Assembly (NCBI GenBank): GCA_034780895.1
Contig: JAUZTB010000107.1
Location: 79,784,162-79,848,161 of the forward strand
Direction: 5' to 3'
DNA: 64,000 nt
Origin: Rhynchobatus australiae
Taxonomy: Eukaryota
Program-made: the position numbers and the translations under genes
Notes under the pieces: generated by a model
The model's input: only the letters and a program-made list of their open reading frames with translations
Told to the model about the DNA's origin: nothing
Database searches by the model: none
Shown: positions 1-12,830 of the stretch, piece by piece
How the letters are laid out: every line of letters begins with the position of its first letter
Numbering within the stretch: the first letter of the stretch is position 1

Positions 1-44
1 AAGGCAAAAGTAGCAGGTGCTTAGGAACCTTACTATCTGCATGT

Positions 45-230
45 TATTCTTACTTGGAAATATATCACTGTACTTTCCGAGTCAACATCCTGAAACTCCA
101 TAGCAAAAAACAATGTAAAAGTCTTTTACGAAAGGGGCTTACAACATAATCTCCAGGACAATTAGGGGCAGGCAATAATCGCTGGGCTTGCTAACAATGT
201 CCACGTCCAGTAAAATGAATAAAAATAAAT
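45..230 (+). mobile_element. Decayed 3' end of a CR1/L2-group LINE
   Basis: 'ggacaattaggggcaggcaataatcgctgggcttgctaacaatgtccacgtcc…aatgaataaaaa' resembles a LINE 3' tail ending in an A-rich run. Confidence 0.45.
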
Positions 231-321
231 AGCAAAATGTGCTGAAAACTCCTTACATGTGTGACTATTGCTTTTCTTATGATCCATTTGTTTAGTCTCT
301 ACCTGTTTTCTTTTAATACAG

Positions 322-414
322 TCAGTAAAACCATCAGGCTGGAGGTGGGGAAAGTCTCTGAATATAAGACGATACAGAATGTAATTGGCTACCTGAAAGG
401 ATCTATCAACCCAG
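322..414 (+). CDS. NAALADL2: NAALADL2 internal coding exon (93 bp, phase 1-1)
   Basis: Acceptor ttttcttttaatacag|(322) and donor CCAG|gtaact(415). It encodes xSKTIRLEVGKVSEYKTIQNVIGYLKGSINP(D), matching the M28B motif 'NVIG.L.G...PD' (GCPII: IYNVIGTLRGAVEPD). The terminal G joins AT of the next exon to give GAT (Asp). Confidence 0.92.
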
Positions 415-1639
415 GTAACTATTTATGTTTGTCTACTATTCTAATATACATATATAATATACATTAAAGTGTCACAACATTTACACAAATATTCTCCAAT
501 GTTAGATGTTTTTTTGGGTTAGCTTCCTTATTTATATATCTAATTATGTAGTACTGACAGTTGTTTTTCCTATCAGCTCAGCCAGCAGTTTTCAGGTCAA
601 TGGTTGAAGAGAACCTTGGTTNNNNNNNNNNNNNNNNNNNNNNNNNNNNNNNNNNNNNNNNNNNNNNNNNNNNNNNNNNNNNNNNNNNNNNNNNNNNNNN
701 NNNNNNNNNNNNNNNNNNNNNAACTTGGTTACCAGAAACCCTATGAAAATCAGATATGCACAACTTCATCTTTAGCGTGTGTGGCAGTAATTGGTGCTGC
801 ACTTCTGTGCTTTACTGCATCCCTTTCCAGATGAAATATTTTCATTTCAAGTGTAGAATAATTTTCACTACTTTGCTTTCATCTTTGTTATGGTAGGTTC
901 TACCAGGTGTAGTATTTAGTCCAAATGTAATTGATAGAGAGAAAGCATACCACAAGTAACCTTTGGAAATATTGAATATTCTACCATGACCATTAAATTA
1001 AAATTGAATCCATCATGCAGTTGAAATGCTTTGTCCACTTCAATTTTTTCCATGAATAACCAGCTGTTCAAGAAAGTCACAGATATATTACTTAATTACC
1101 TCTTGGACTAGTGCACCTTTCCTCCCTTGTTCCAGTGAATGCGTTGTCAATCTGTGGAACAAGGTCCACAGGCAGATAATGAAAACAGTTAGGATTCATT
1201 CATTTAAATGCAAATGCGATAAATATCTTCATGAATATAACATTTTTGGGTACAGCATATGAGTTAATTGAGCTATTCCATCTGATAAGTGTAGCATGAC
1301 TCGGAGGTACAGGTAACTTTGCACCTCTAGTTTCTAAAACTCTCCACTGTATGGGTCTTCCTCACATTATGTTTGGCTCTGTTATAGGATATATAATGGC
1401 AATTGATTGCTACAATTATTCAATAAAATAATTATAATATCCTGTGGCTATCAGGAAGTAGAAGGCAAAATAGATTTTTTTCCATCTACCAATTCTAAAT
1501 AGATGTTGTACCAGCAAATATATTCATATTCATATATCTCCAATAATGCACATTCCAGATTTTTATTTATTGGATTTGGCATAAAGTAGGAATTTTATGG
1601 TGAAAAAGGAAAATAGATCATTTCATTTATCTTGTGATT

Positions 1640-2225
1640 CAGCATGACCCAAAGTGCTTTGTAGCAAATGAAGTTTTGTTGTTCTCGCTGATGTAAGATG
1701 GGAAACGTGACAATCAACTTGCACTCAAAATGAAAATAGCAATGTTATAGCTACCAGATGACCCGTTTTGCTAATGTTGGTTGAAGGGTGAATATTGGGT
1801 AGAAAAGCATAGGATCATCCCCTGGCTTTTCTTGGATAGAGAATGTAAGAATTATTTAGGGCAACAAGTAATCTGCTGAAGGAACTCAGCAGGCCGAGCA
1901 GCATCTCAGGGGAGAAAAGAATTGTTGACATTTCAGGTTGAAACCATGCATCAGGACCTGAAACGTCAACAGTTCCTTTCCCCCAACAAATGCAAATCCA
2001 CCTGCTGAATTCCTCCAGCAGATTGTTTGTTGCTCCAGACTCCAGCATCTGCAGTCTCTTTTGTCTCCAAATTATTTGGGGTCTTGATCTAATGTCCTGT
2101 ACAGAGTTTGGCACCTGTGATTGTGCTGAACTCCTCAGTGCTGCACTGGAGCATCAACCGAGATGCCCAATTCTCTGGAATGAAGTTTGAAACTGAGGCC
2201 AACTGATGCAATGGTAAGATTGCCA
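1640..2225 (-). mobile_element. DeuSINE (SacSINE1/AmnSINE1-like) relic, interrupted by an insertion at 1862-2069
   Basis: 'cccaaagtgctttgtagcaaatgaagt', 'atgttggttgaagggtgaatattgg' and 'ctcagtgctgcactggag' match the recalled Deu-domain consensus on the minus strand. Confidence 0.7.
1862..2069. mobile_element. Palindromic non-autonomous Penelope-derived element with a 12-bp TSD
   Basis: Inverted arms (aatctgctgaaggaactcagcagg … cctgctgaattcctccagcagatt). Flanked by AATTATTTAGGG (1850-1861) and AATTATTTGGGG (2070-2081). Confidence 0.75.
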
Positions 2226-2289
2226 TCTTTGCACCAAAGCTTATATTGGATGTGACAAGAATGTACATTTTAAGTTGAGAATTTAAGAA

Positions 2290-2710
2290 GTGGGAATAGG
2301 AATGTGAAATTCTGTCCCCACTCAATAAGATCACTGCTGATCTATCTCTATTACAGTGGCCCATACTATTCCCATATCTCTAGATGCTCTTACTATGTAA
2401 AAATGAGCAATCTCTATCTTGAATATTGCTAGCTATCCTGCATCCATAGCCCTCTGCCCAATGATTCAAGTCTCTATAATTCAGAAACCTCTCCTTATCT
2501 CAGCCCTTAGTCTGAGACTTCAACCCCAATATATGGGAAGCCATTCTCCCAGCATTTACGTTGTCAAATCACATATAAATTTATCTGAAATCACCTCCCT
2601 TTTTCTCCTAAACTGCTTGAACTTGGGTCTAGTCTGCACAATGGCACCTCATAGGATAATTTCCTCATCCCAATAAATTAGTCCAATAAATCTTCATTGC
2701 ACTCCTTCCT
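2290..2710 (-). mobile_element. Decayed CR1 LINE 3' fragment
   Basis: Collinear similarity to the younger CR1 copies at 17830 and 27662. Confidence 0.55.
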
Positions 2711-3399
2711 TACACCAAATCAAAAACTGAAAGGGTCCATAAAATTGCAATAAAACTTAGTGAAGGCTGAATTGGATCACCCACAAAAATGGGTGCCTGC
2801 TTCCAGAGATGTATTAATTCCAGTGCAGGCAGGACATAAGCTTTGTGCTGCATGTTCATTTATATGATTGCTGCATCCAGCTAATGTTAACTGTGTTTAT
2901 TATTTGCTTATCTTCTGAGCAAGGGAACACATTTCATGCTCAGCAGTCTTTAAAACAAGCCTGCAATATTTAAACCCAGACTTCATTTCATAAGTGGAAA
3001 TTGCTGGTGGATGTTAACTTATTCTGACCTGGAAGACATTCAAGAATGGCATTACAGACTGCAGGCTCCAGATTTTCCATCCCTATACAGGATGACTCTA
3101 AAGGATGAGATGCAAAGTATGAGAGATATCTTGCATCTGAAGAAGGTCCTCCAAACATGCACTGTGACAGGAGTTCAAGGATAGAGCTGTGGCAGTCAGC
3201 TTTAGGAGTTGAGACCAGAGGACCTGAATGCAGTCCTGGAAGAAGTTTAGTAACCTTCCATAAGTAGTCATGTTCAGTGATTTTTCAAATATTATATTCT
3301 ATCAACTCAACCACTAAGGTATTGATCATTTTACCACATTCCTGTCTCTCAAAAACCATTAATCTTTACTAATTAGGACTTAACACTTCCCTCTCTGCT

Positions 3400-3705
3400 G
3401 CTGGACACAGCATAGCTTTACAATCGAGTTCTGACAAGCCACTTGAATTCACCTTTCCGCTCTGACCTATCTGTCTGTGGCCTCCTGCATCTCATGTTCC
3501 ACCTGTGTCGCTGCAGCAATCCCCTCCACACTGAATTCAATAATTTTACATACTCGCTCTTTCTGTATCCACCAGGACTTTTGTGCCAGTCTTCCATCTG
3601 TGCTTTTGGCTCAGTATTTCTCTCTCCGTCAGTACAGTCATGAGGGTTTCCAGGAATTTTGTTTTTATTTCAGATTTTCAGCATCTTCAGCTTTTTGATT
3701 TCCAG
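3400..3705 (+). mobile_element. Penelope-like element 3' remnant
   Basis: Translates as HLNSPFRSDLSVCGLLH…LMFHL…HTEFNNF, like the C-terminus after the Penelope GIY-YIG domain. It ends in the shared terminus 'tttttatttcagattttcagcatct'. Confidence 0.6.
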
Positions 3706-4155
3706 GTCAGCAGTCCTCTTTTCCTCTCCTCTCACTTCTGTGTCAGCATTATTTTCAAAGTAGTAATTGGTGGCTGGTGGGAAGCCGATGGAGAGGAGAA
3801 CTCCCAATTTCTCCTCCCAAATATTTGGCAAATATGATAAACATATTGAAGTATTACTATTTTGTTATAACTTTAAGACAAATTATTGAAATGTAATAAT
3901 TGTATAAAATCTTATAATAAAAGACATATTTTAATACTTTTAAAATACTTAAATGGAAAAAGACATTAAACTGAATGAAAAGAGGCAGCTGACATTCTGC
4001 TGTCTAATGCTTGTGATCAAGGACAGACTTTTCCTCCCTTTCTCTTGCTGTGAAGNNNNNNNNNNNNNNNNNNNNNNNNNNNNNNNNNNNNNNNNNNNNN
4101 NNNNNNNNNNNNNNNNNNNNNNNNNNNNNNNNNNNNNNNNNNNNNNNNNNNNNNN

Positions 4156-4635
4156 TTGGACTGTCCACAGTTTACAGGACTCAATACTGAATTCTGCAAC
4201 ATCAGATAACTTGGGTTCTCGGTATCAGAACCAGCCTGTTCTGCTATAGGTCATCCATCTATAGTTTTTCTCTTTCCACTAGTATGCTCTGCGCTTCTGA
4301 GCATTTCCTACAGCTACTCATTTCACAGCTGTTACATTGCTTTGTTTGTGTTCTCTTTCCCTAACCTCATTTCACAGTGCTTGTTCATGTTCTCTCCCTA
4401 AATGCCCTTAATCACCTGTTATCCCATGGCAAACCTGCCCTCATCTATCAGAGAGATCCCCTGTTTCCTATTCATCCCTCCCTATCCTCTCTGTAACCTA
4501 AAACTAACTTGTTTTCTCTCTTACACAGTTTGTGTAAGGGTTTCTGACCTGAAACATTAACTAAGTTTCTCTTTCCACAGATACTGCCTGACCCTTTTTG
4601 AGAAGCATTTTCTGTTTTTTATTTTAGAATTTAGC
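4156..4635 (+). mobile_element. Penelope-like element 3' remnant with terminal repeat
   Basis: 'ttacaggactcaatactgaattctgcaacatcagataa' (LQ.GLN.EF.N.R*), a pyrimidine-rich UTR, then 'aagggtttctgacctgaaacattaac…ccacagatactgcctgacc'. Confidence 0.6.
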
Positions 4636-5434
4636 ATTCATTTGGTCCTCAACAGCCCCAAACACCCAGTACTGCTGTAGCCTTGTATCCATATTTCACA
4701 ATGCACACATAGTGGATTATTTAATTAAGCAAGCAAGCAATCATCCAGCCACGTTATTCAATACTCAGAAATAAACTACCGTCTTTCATGCAGGACAAGA
4801 TTGCACATGTCATCATTCCACTCAAGATTCCTAGTTCTGGCAAGGTGCATGATTTGAAGGTTAGCTTCAAGACAGGTCACGTACATATTGAGACATAGGT
4901 TTCAAATGGTGTTCAGCCATTTGAAACCTATGGGATTGTGCATATGTGTCATTCAAAAGGGGAAGGCTCATTCAAGTTATGATTCAAAGAATGCAGGCAA
5001 GAATGTCAATGAGGAGCCCTACTCTGCAGAATATTGATAAGCATGCTCANNNNNNNNNNNNNNNNNNNNNNNNNNNNNNNNNNNNNNNNNNNNNNNNNNN
5101 NNNNNNNNNNNNNNNNNNNNNNNNNNNNNNNNNNNNNNNNNNNNNNNNNNNATATTAAATTTAGTCAGTTACCTCCCTTGTACAACAATGGGTGGCAAGC
5201 TGCAAGATGTTGCAAGCATTTCTACCTCTCTCTGAAAGGTTAAGATGTGGCATTACCTGGAAGGCTGAGATCCAGCTCGGCAAAGCTGGCAGCAAATCAG
5301 TGATATGTGTAAATTGACATCATGATGTGCCCTAGACTGTGTAATTCCATTGGACATATGTTGCATTTGTGTTTATGCCTTTATCAATATCAAGGACAGT
5401 GCAGTTCACTGTACAGTTGTGCAATGGCTTGTCA

Positions 5435-5800
5435 GGCATCAAATTGGAACCCAATGGATACTTGTAGTAGCTAAGCAACAAGTACTGTGAAGCTGAACTT
5501 TGTGGCCTTTTACTCCTATACTACAGATCTTTTGCAATAAAAGTTGACAATAATTGCTTTTGAATCTGCATGTTAATATCTGTAATTTGTATGCAAGGAT
5601 ACCCTGGTTCCTCAGAATACCAATGTCTTCTAGTCTCTTATCTTTCAAAACATGTTATATGTTTTTGTTTTTCCTACCAAAGTGGACAGTTCAATATTTC
5701 TCCACATTATATTTCATCCGTCATGTTCTTGCCCGTTTAGCTTAACCTGTCCATGTGCATTTACAGCCTCATTGCACCTTCCTCTCGGCCTCCTTTCCCA
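5435..5800 (-). mobile_element. Decayed CR1 LINE RT fragment
   Basis: Collinear with the CR1 copy at 20100-20500 ('caaggatccctggttcctc…ccaaagtggacagttcaatatttctccacattatatttcatc'). Confidence 0.6.
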
Positions 5801-6099
5801 CCTACCAACTTCCTTAAAACTAAAACAACCTTAATTTTATTTGTAAGCCACATGGAGTATTTTATCTGTGGAATTTTAAATTTTTTATAGCACATTGAGT
5901 TATTTCTTTCATTACTAGATGTTGCTCACTTAACATTACATAGTTTAATTTAGTTTATGAAACTAATTTAGTCAACTTGTTTGTTTTTCATTCATTTTAC
6001 TCATATTTAAGATTTTTGTTTCAGACTTGAATAAATCAGTCTGAACCTCGAATATATTCCATAGTATTCTAACATATTATAATTACTTTTCCCTGGAAC

Positions 6100-6900
6100 T
6101 TCATTATTACAAGGCAATCAGTTAACCTTAACTCATTTTACCATTCCAGATCTAACCTAAACTGTTCCTTATTCTTTAGTCAAAAAAAGATCTAGAAAAC
6201 AATCTGGAATTTATCCCATTCCTGTAAGCTAAATTGTTATGTTTGGTTTATATATGAAAGTCACACCTCTTGTGTGTTATAACATTGCTACATGCATCCT
6301 GATTTATCCTCCTCCCAACAAGATTGTTTTTGCTAAACTATTGCCTCCTTTCTACCATCTTCATCACATTGCTTATTACTCTCGTCAGCTTCACGTGTTT
6401 CTCATTTTGTCTGTCACCTTTAAAAATCAAGTACCCTGGAAAATCTGAATATTTAGTTCCTAACCTTGGTCATTCTCCAACCATGTTTTTGTGAATGCTG
6501 ATAGTTCAAACCAATTTACTACTATCTGTGTTATTAGTTAATGTATTTCGTTGCGAATGTTTTGCATATTTACATAATGTGCTTTATGCCTTAATTTTTT
6601 CTTGCTTTTCCAGCTGTCACTTTAGTTACTAATGCCTTATTACCTTGTTATGTTTTCCATTCCCTTCTGGCCCATTCACACTATCAGTCTTTTGCTGGTG
6701 CAGTGTGCAATGAGATCCCTCGATCTCATACCACTCTTTCAGCCACACATTTAACTTCCTGATCTTCTAATTTCATTTTTAGTTCTGCCAATATGTTGTT
6801 GCTTCTGATATGGATACTTCCCCTTCCACTGCGTGTTATTTCACAGATGTGAAAAAAATGTCTTAACCCTGTCAATTGACAGGCAATTTGGTCAGCACCC
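6100..6900 (-). mobile_element. Decayed CR1 LINE, endonuclease N-terminal region
   Basis: The reverse strand at ~6420-6590 gives an ALC.YA..IRNE…KTWL…LNI-type APE start. A probable ORF1 remnant of the same element lies at ~8200-8500. Confidence 0.5.
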
Positions 6901-6959
6901 CTGAAGACTTTGGCCGAGGAAGTCCCACAGAGTTTGGCCTCATCCTCTCTGCAAGCTTT

Positions 6960-8140
6960 GCCCCCACTTGGGCTGTAGACCTTGCGTTGTCCACCCCTGT
7001 TATTTTGTGTGGCCTTACTGTTGTCTTAATGGGATAGAATCAACAGATCTGGTAGCTCAAAATGGGGTATTCATGTTGTGCTGTGGATCATCAGCAACAA
7101 AATGTACATCACCACAATCTATAACCTCACAGCCAGTATGTTCCCCTCACTCCCACTACTGTCAAGCTTGGGTCACTGACACATTCAGAAGGGCAATCTG
7201 GAACAGCTTCAGGCACACCTAAAAGCAAATTGCCAGTATGGCAAAACTGCAGGACAGGACTATATGCAACCTAAACTGCAAAACTGTGTGCAGTGGACAG
7301 AAGCAAGCAATCATGAGACCAGTGGCTCAGATTGAGCTCTGCGGTCTTATCACATCTAGTCATGAATGATGTTGGACAATTAAACAGTTAACAGAAGGAG
7401 GAGGCTCCAAGTACATCCTCATCCTCAGCAATGTGTGGAGTGAGGCGGGAAGCATAAGTTGACTAAATATGTGGCTGAACTATCTACACCCAGGCTCAGC
7501 CAGAAGTGTAAAATGGATGATCCACCTTGGCCTCCTCTTTAAGATCTCCATCAGCACAGAACCCAGGCCTCAGCAAATTCAACTCACTTCACATGATATC
7601 ATGAAATTGCAGAGCACTGGATAAAAGCAAAGGTGTTGCGACAGAACAAATCCCAGCTGTATTTCTGAGGATCTACACTCCAGAGTTAGGCATGCTGCTA
7701 GCATGGTTGTTCCAGTGTAGTTACGAAACTGAAATCTATTGGACAATGTGGTAAATGGCCCAGTTATGTCCTATTTCATAACAAGCAGGATGAATCCAAA
7801 CTGATTAACTCCTGCTCAACCAGTCTAATCTCAATCATCAGCAAAGTCATGAAAGGTGTTGGTTTCAGTAGAATCAAGCAGCACTTGCATGCCAACAACC
7901 TGCACACTAATGCTCAATTTGAGTTGCGCAACTGGCCTCCTCAATACTTATCCAAACATAAACTAAAGAGCTAACTTCCAAAGATGAGATGAGAGTGACT
8001 ACCTTCAATATTGAAGCAGTATTTCAAGGATCTCTGCTAAAACTGTAGTCAATGGCCATTAAAGGGAAAACACTCAATTAGTTGAAATCATACCTCGAAC
8101 AAAGGGAGATCATTGTGGTTGTTGAGGGTCAAACTTCACC
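6960..8140 (+). mobile_element. CR1/L2-group LINE ORF2 (RT) fragment nested in an older CR1
   Basis: Around 7748-7856 it encodes a disrupted W..A.L.P…N…SLISIISKVM RT motif. It is collinear with 16440-17350. Confidence 0.7.
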
Positions 8141-9869
8141 TTACCTCCTCATCTGTTTGTTCCTTAAGCGCACTGCCAGCAAAAAAATTTAGCAGCTGTT
8201 AGATCATGGTAAGGACAGAGACTCCTTTAACAGTGCACCTGTATCTGACTCACGATCATATCCTCCTGTCACTGACTACAAAGCAGACCTGTAATCTATC
8301 TGAATCCTGAATCAGAGTGTCCAGGTGAGTCTGCCATTTTCTGATGCCATGCAATGTCTGGACCTCGGATCCCAGTTCAATAACTTTACGTCAAAGTCAC
8401 TGTGACAAATTTGGTTTTGTGGGATTGGGATGCTCTCCACAAATTGCAGTTGCACCCATGCCATCTGCATTGCCATTGTAACAATGTGCAGCTAATTACT
8501 ATTTAATATTTATTCAACTTGGCTTACGTTTTTAACTTTTTTGATATGTTGCTTCAATTACTTTAATTTGCAGCTGGATTAAATTAAATATTTGCATTTT
8601 TTTGTCTTGTCTAACATCCATGGTTGGTGATTTTTTTTAATCCCAGACCCGTCACAGGCTCTGTTTTCCATGTCCTAGTCCACTGCTTGAGGTCTCCTGT
8701 TATTGTTCTACAAGTCCATAGTTCTTGAACAATCCAATTTGCTATGTTTTCATTACAAAGGAAGTTCTTTCTGTTCAATTATTTAAGTGAAGAAAGTGAA
8801 TAAAGACTTGGATTTTTTGAGGCAAAAAGTCTAATATTTGCTGCTTAGAGATCTTTGACTTTCCCGTTCCTCTTTTTATCTGGCTGAAAGAAAAAGACAT
8901 CTAAAATGGTTCATGTAATTTCTTCAAATAGATTTTTGAATGGAATATTCTCCATGTTAATGTCCCTCCTTCTTTCAAGATCATGTTCCTATCAAGAAAA
9001 ACACCAGGATGAACTGAACCTGCATAAAACACTTGCCAGAATATGAAGTTGCTGCAGAATTTTAAAAAATCATGCACTAGATCAGAAATGTATTTCACAA
9101 TACAAAGGTGCATAAATTCACTGCAAATCAAATTTTGTCTGAAAAATTTTGTTTTGACATTAGCTATAACAGCAAAATCATTTCCTTCTGTTACTTTCAT
9201 TGTTTAATCCCACTAAATGGCCCTCTAAATGGGCTAAGACTAAACCTTTTGCAAACAGCCACTGATTGTGAATAACCATATGTTTCATGTGTGGGTTGCT
9301 AATTTAATTGGAAAAAAATCTGTTTTAGCAGGTGGCCGTGACAGATTTTTTTATAATTCAATTCACAATTTTGATCTGATTTATGTATTTTTTATCATTC
9401 TCATTTTAAACTCACATCATCAATATTGATTTTATTTTACACATCTCATTGCATATTGTCTGATTTATAAATGAAGCTAGATTTCTAGATAGTTGTGCTT
9501 GCTAATCAACAAAATGGAATTCTTTGAAATTATTTTTCTATTGGTAATCAAGAAGTTTATTACTTATCATTAAGAAGGTTTATGACCTGCATGAATGCAT
9601 CTCACACTAAGATATTATGGTTAAAATGTTAATTGCCCATTTCATAATTCAGTTGTATCCTGAACATAATCTTGGGTGCTTTATTTCCAGAAATACATTT
9701 TAAAATAGTAACAAACTATTAATAGTTGAAAGATTTTTCAGTTCCTTGATTGAGTGCCATTGTGAAATACATAATCTCTCAATGCATAATCAGAATTTAA
9801 TCATTTCAGATTTACATGGAAAACATGATAGAAATTTTCTAAAAACATGGAGAATTTGCAATACTAGAG

Positions 9870-11130
9870 ATGCTCATTTGACCTACTTTAGTCCATTAGA
9901 AAAAGTTACCCAGCCTAACTCCGCCTTCCACCACTGGGTCTTTGTTTGTGCAGTTCACAGCTCATCAAGCATCTAAACTCATCTAAGTATTTTTCAAATG
10001 TGATAAGGGTTTTTGTTACTACTGAAATTTCAGGCAGTGAGTTCCACATCCGTACCATCCTCTAGGTGAAAAAGTATTTCCTCACCTTTCCTTTAATCCT
10101 TCTACAGTCTTCCCTAATCAGCGCTTTACCACCCCATTGTTTTAAGGCCCCTCTGTTGAGGGCATTTGATGTTTTCTCTTTACTATATCTAGGCCCTTCA
10201 TTGTTTTATACACCTTAGTTAAATCTTCCTTCAGCTTCCTCTGATCCAAAGGAAACAGCTACAGCCTATGCAGCCTTTCCTCATAGATAAAATTTTCCAG
10301 TCTTGGCTGCATCCTGAAATTTACTATTCTTAATGCGGTCACACCTTTCCTGTCATGCAGTGGTCAAGCTGTGACCTAATTAGCGGTGTATTTGTCGTAT
10401 AATCTCTCGCCCTATGCCTCATTGTGTAAAGGAAAGCATCCTGTGTGCCCTCTTAATGTGTTTTGTCTTTTCATCTTTCGGGTTCCACTGTTCCTTGACT
10501 TATTGCACATCCCTAGTGCTTCTCTATGTTATCCAGTTTTTCCTTGTAAATCTCCTCTTCACCCTCTCCAGTGCAATTGCAGGTTTCCTGTAACATGGTA
10601 ACCAGAGCTGTACACAGAATCCAAGCTATCATTAGTATTGTGGACAGTTCCAGCCCAGCCTCTTTGCTCTTATATTCTGTGCCTCAGCTAATAAAAGAAA
10701 ACTGAGATTTTTGAAGATTATTATTAACTTTTAAGTGTCTGTGGATGTGAAATTCAAGATCCCCTTGTTTCTTCACACTACTCAGTTGGTTCCCTTTTAT
10801 AGAATATTCCCTTTACATCATGCTTGTCTGGATTAAATTCATTGCCACTGTTCTGCTTAACTGGCCAGTCCATTTTTATCATCCTACACTCTAAAGCATT
10901 CTTCCTATCAACTACATGGACAATTTTTGTTTTATTGTAAACTTACTTATTGTACTCCTTTCATCTAAATCCAAATGATTAGTATGCATTACAAAGAGCA
11001 AGGGACCTATTACTGAGTTCTGTGGAATACCACGGAACAGTCTTCCAGTCATAGAAACACCCATCAACCATTACCCTTTGCTTCCTGCCACTGAACCAAT
11101 TTTTAGTATCCAATTTGCCACTTACCCTTG
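9870..11130 (-). mobile_element. Cluster of decayed CR1 LINE 3' fragments
   Basis: Repeated CR1 hallmarks, e.g. 'ggcagtgagttccacatcc', 'accagagctgtacacagaatcc', 'ccctttgcttcctgccactgaaccaatttt' (minus strand W..NWFSGRKQRV). Confidence 0.7.
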
Positions 11131-11639
11131 GCTCCCTATTTTTAGCATATCAGGATTCTGGCACCAGATTCAGTCATGAGTCCAGTGATGAGTCCAAAGA
11201 TACGATAACATCCGGTCTTTCATGCAAATGTAGTGGATGTGTTGAGGTGCAAATGAATGACGGCTTTCAGTCAGCACAACTTGTTTTGTTCTTGCATTTG
11301 CAGAAGACTCAGAGGCACTCAAGGTCTTTGAGCCACTTCAATGATAACATCATTTAGGATGGTTCAGCCTGTCTTCTTCCCACTTTTTCCTTCCATCTTC
11401 TCTCCTGTTCATTTCAACCATAAATTACTTAAATCCCTTCACTGTTCCAGTCACAAAGAACAGGAGCTCAAGACATGTTCCTTCTAGCTTAGGATCTAGC
11501 CCTGCAAACTCATTATTTTCCTTATCTCCTGCACGCATGTTGTTAGTTTCCCATAGTTTACTCAACTAACTTCCTAAGGGGTCCTCTCTCAGATCCTTAT
11601 CAGGTTCAGTTTTAACCAGACATAGGGTTGTTTCTAGGC

Positions 11640-12830
11640 TAACTAGGCATAGTGCCCTTGGCAATTAATGACTGTATGAGAGTGTTTTATTCTGCAAAAA
11701 TATTACCAGCTCCTTGTCCAGGTTTTTTATTCCAAAGAGCTAACCTGACCTTGTTCTGTCTTTAGAATAATCAAACATAAAACTTGCACACTCTGGGTAT
11801 GTGTAACTCTCCTCATACTAAGAATATGAGTTTAAATGTTTGAATTAAGTGTTTAAAGTAGCACAAAGGATTTGAAAAAAGAGGCATGATTTGATCAAAT
11901 AGTCATTAGTTTTTGCCTGTTTCATGCAGCTCATTATGCTACCTGAGTGCAGTTAATGGCTTGTGCAACATATGGAAACCTGCAATCCACAAAAAAGCTG
12001 TTTGCTCATTCTGCCTGNNNNNNNNNNNNNNNNNNGAAATTGCTATGTCATCAGCTCTCTTGGAATAAATATTTGTGACCTCCGTTAGGCAATGGTGTCT
12101 GATGCACTCTGATATTTTGAAGATACCTCCAGTTCCAATCTGGGACAAGCCCAGCCATAGAATGAGAGCTGCTGAGACCTTAACAGCCATTGGCAAAACA
12201 GCTTATGCACAGCTGTGTGGTTAGAATTATGAGTTGGAGCATGCGGGAACATTCCAATGAGAATACTGAATGGCTCTTTTTATTCCTGTAACTGATGTAA
12301 CCTCTAGCTGGAAGACAGCTTTCTTCTTGATCTTCTAGCAGGTTGTCCTTTTCTCCCAATCCCCCCTCTCCTAGCAGGCTGTACAGTTGCACATGCATTC
12401 TGCACTAACTTGTAGCCTTCATGATATAGCAGCCAGTGGAATGCAGTGCAGCACTCAAGACACCAAACTGGAGGCCAATCATCATCTTTAGTTGCCAAGC
12501 AACAGGTACTAGTTGATCAAATTTTGCAGCTATTGCATTTCTATGAAATGTTTCTTGGTTCTGACCCCATTATCCTTACAACTGGCAATGAAGAAGTTCT
12601 GAACAGCAGGAAGATTGTCAGGATTCAATCACTGAATTTGATTTCAGGCCACATAGCCAGGTTACTGAACAAATGCAAATTATGTATACGAAGACTGCTT
12701 CTTCCAAATCATCCAGAACAGCAATCTGGAGACCATTTGTTTATTTCAGTGGACTCCTACATAAGTAACCAGTTTGAGAACCTTAATTCAGGGCCTATTC
12801 TGGCTTCAGACCAAAGCAGTTGGAGATTTA
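11640..12830 (-). mobile_element. Old L1/Tx1-like ORF2 C-terminal remnant (tentative)
   Basis: Coding-like composition; the minus strand has an 'EESYTYPEC' segment resembling the E(T/S)..H….C zinc-knuckle region. Heavily disrupted. Confidence 0.35.
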
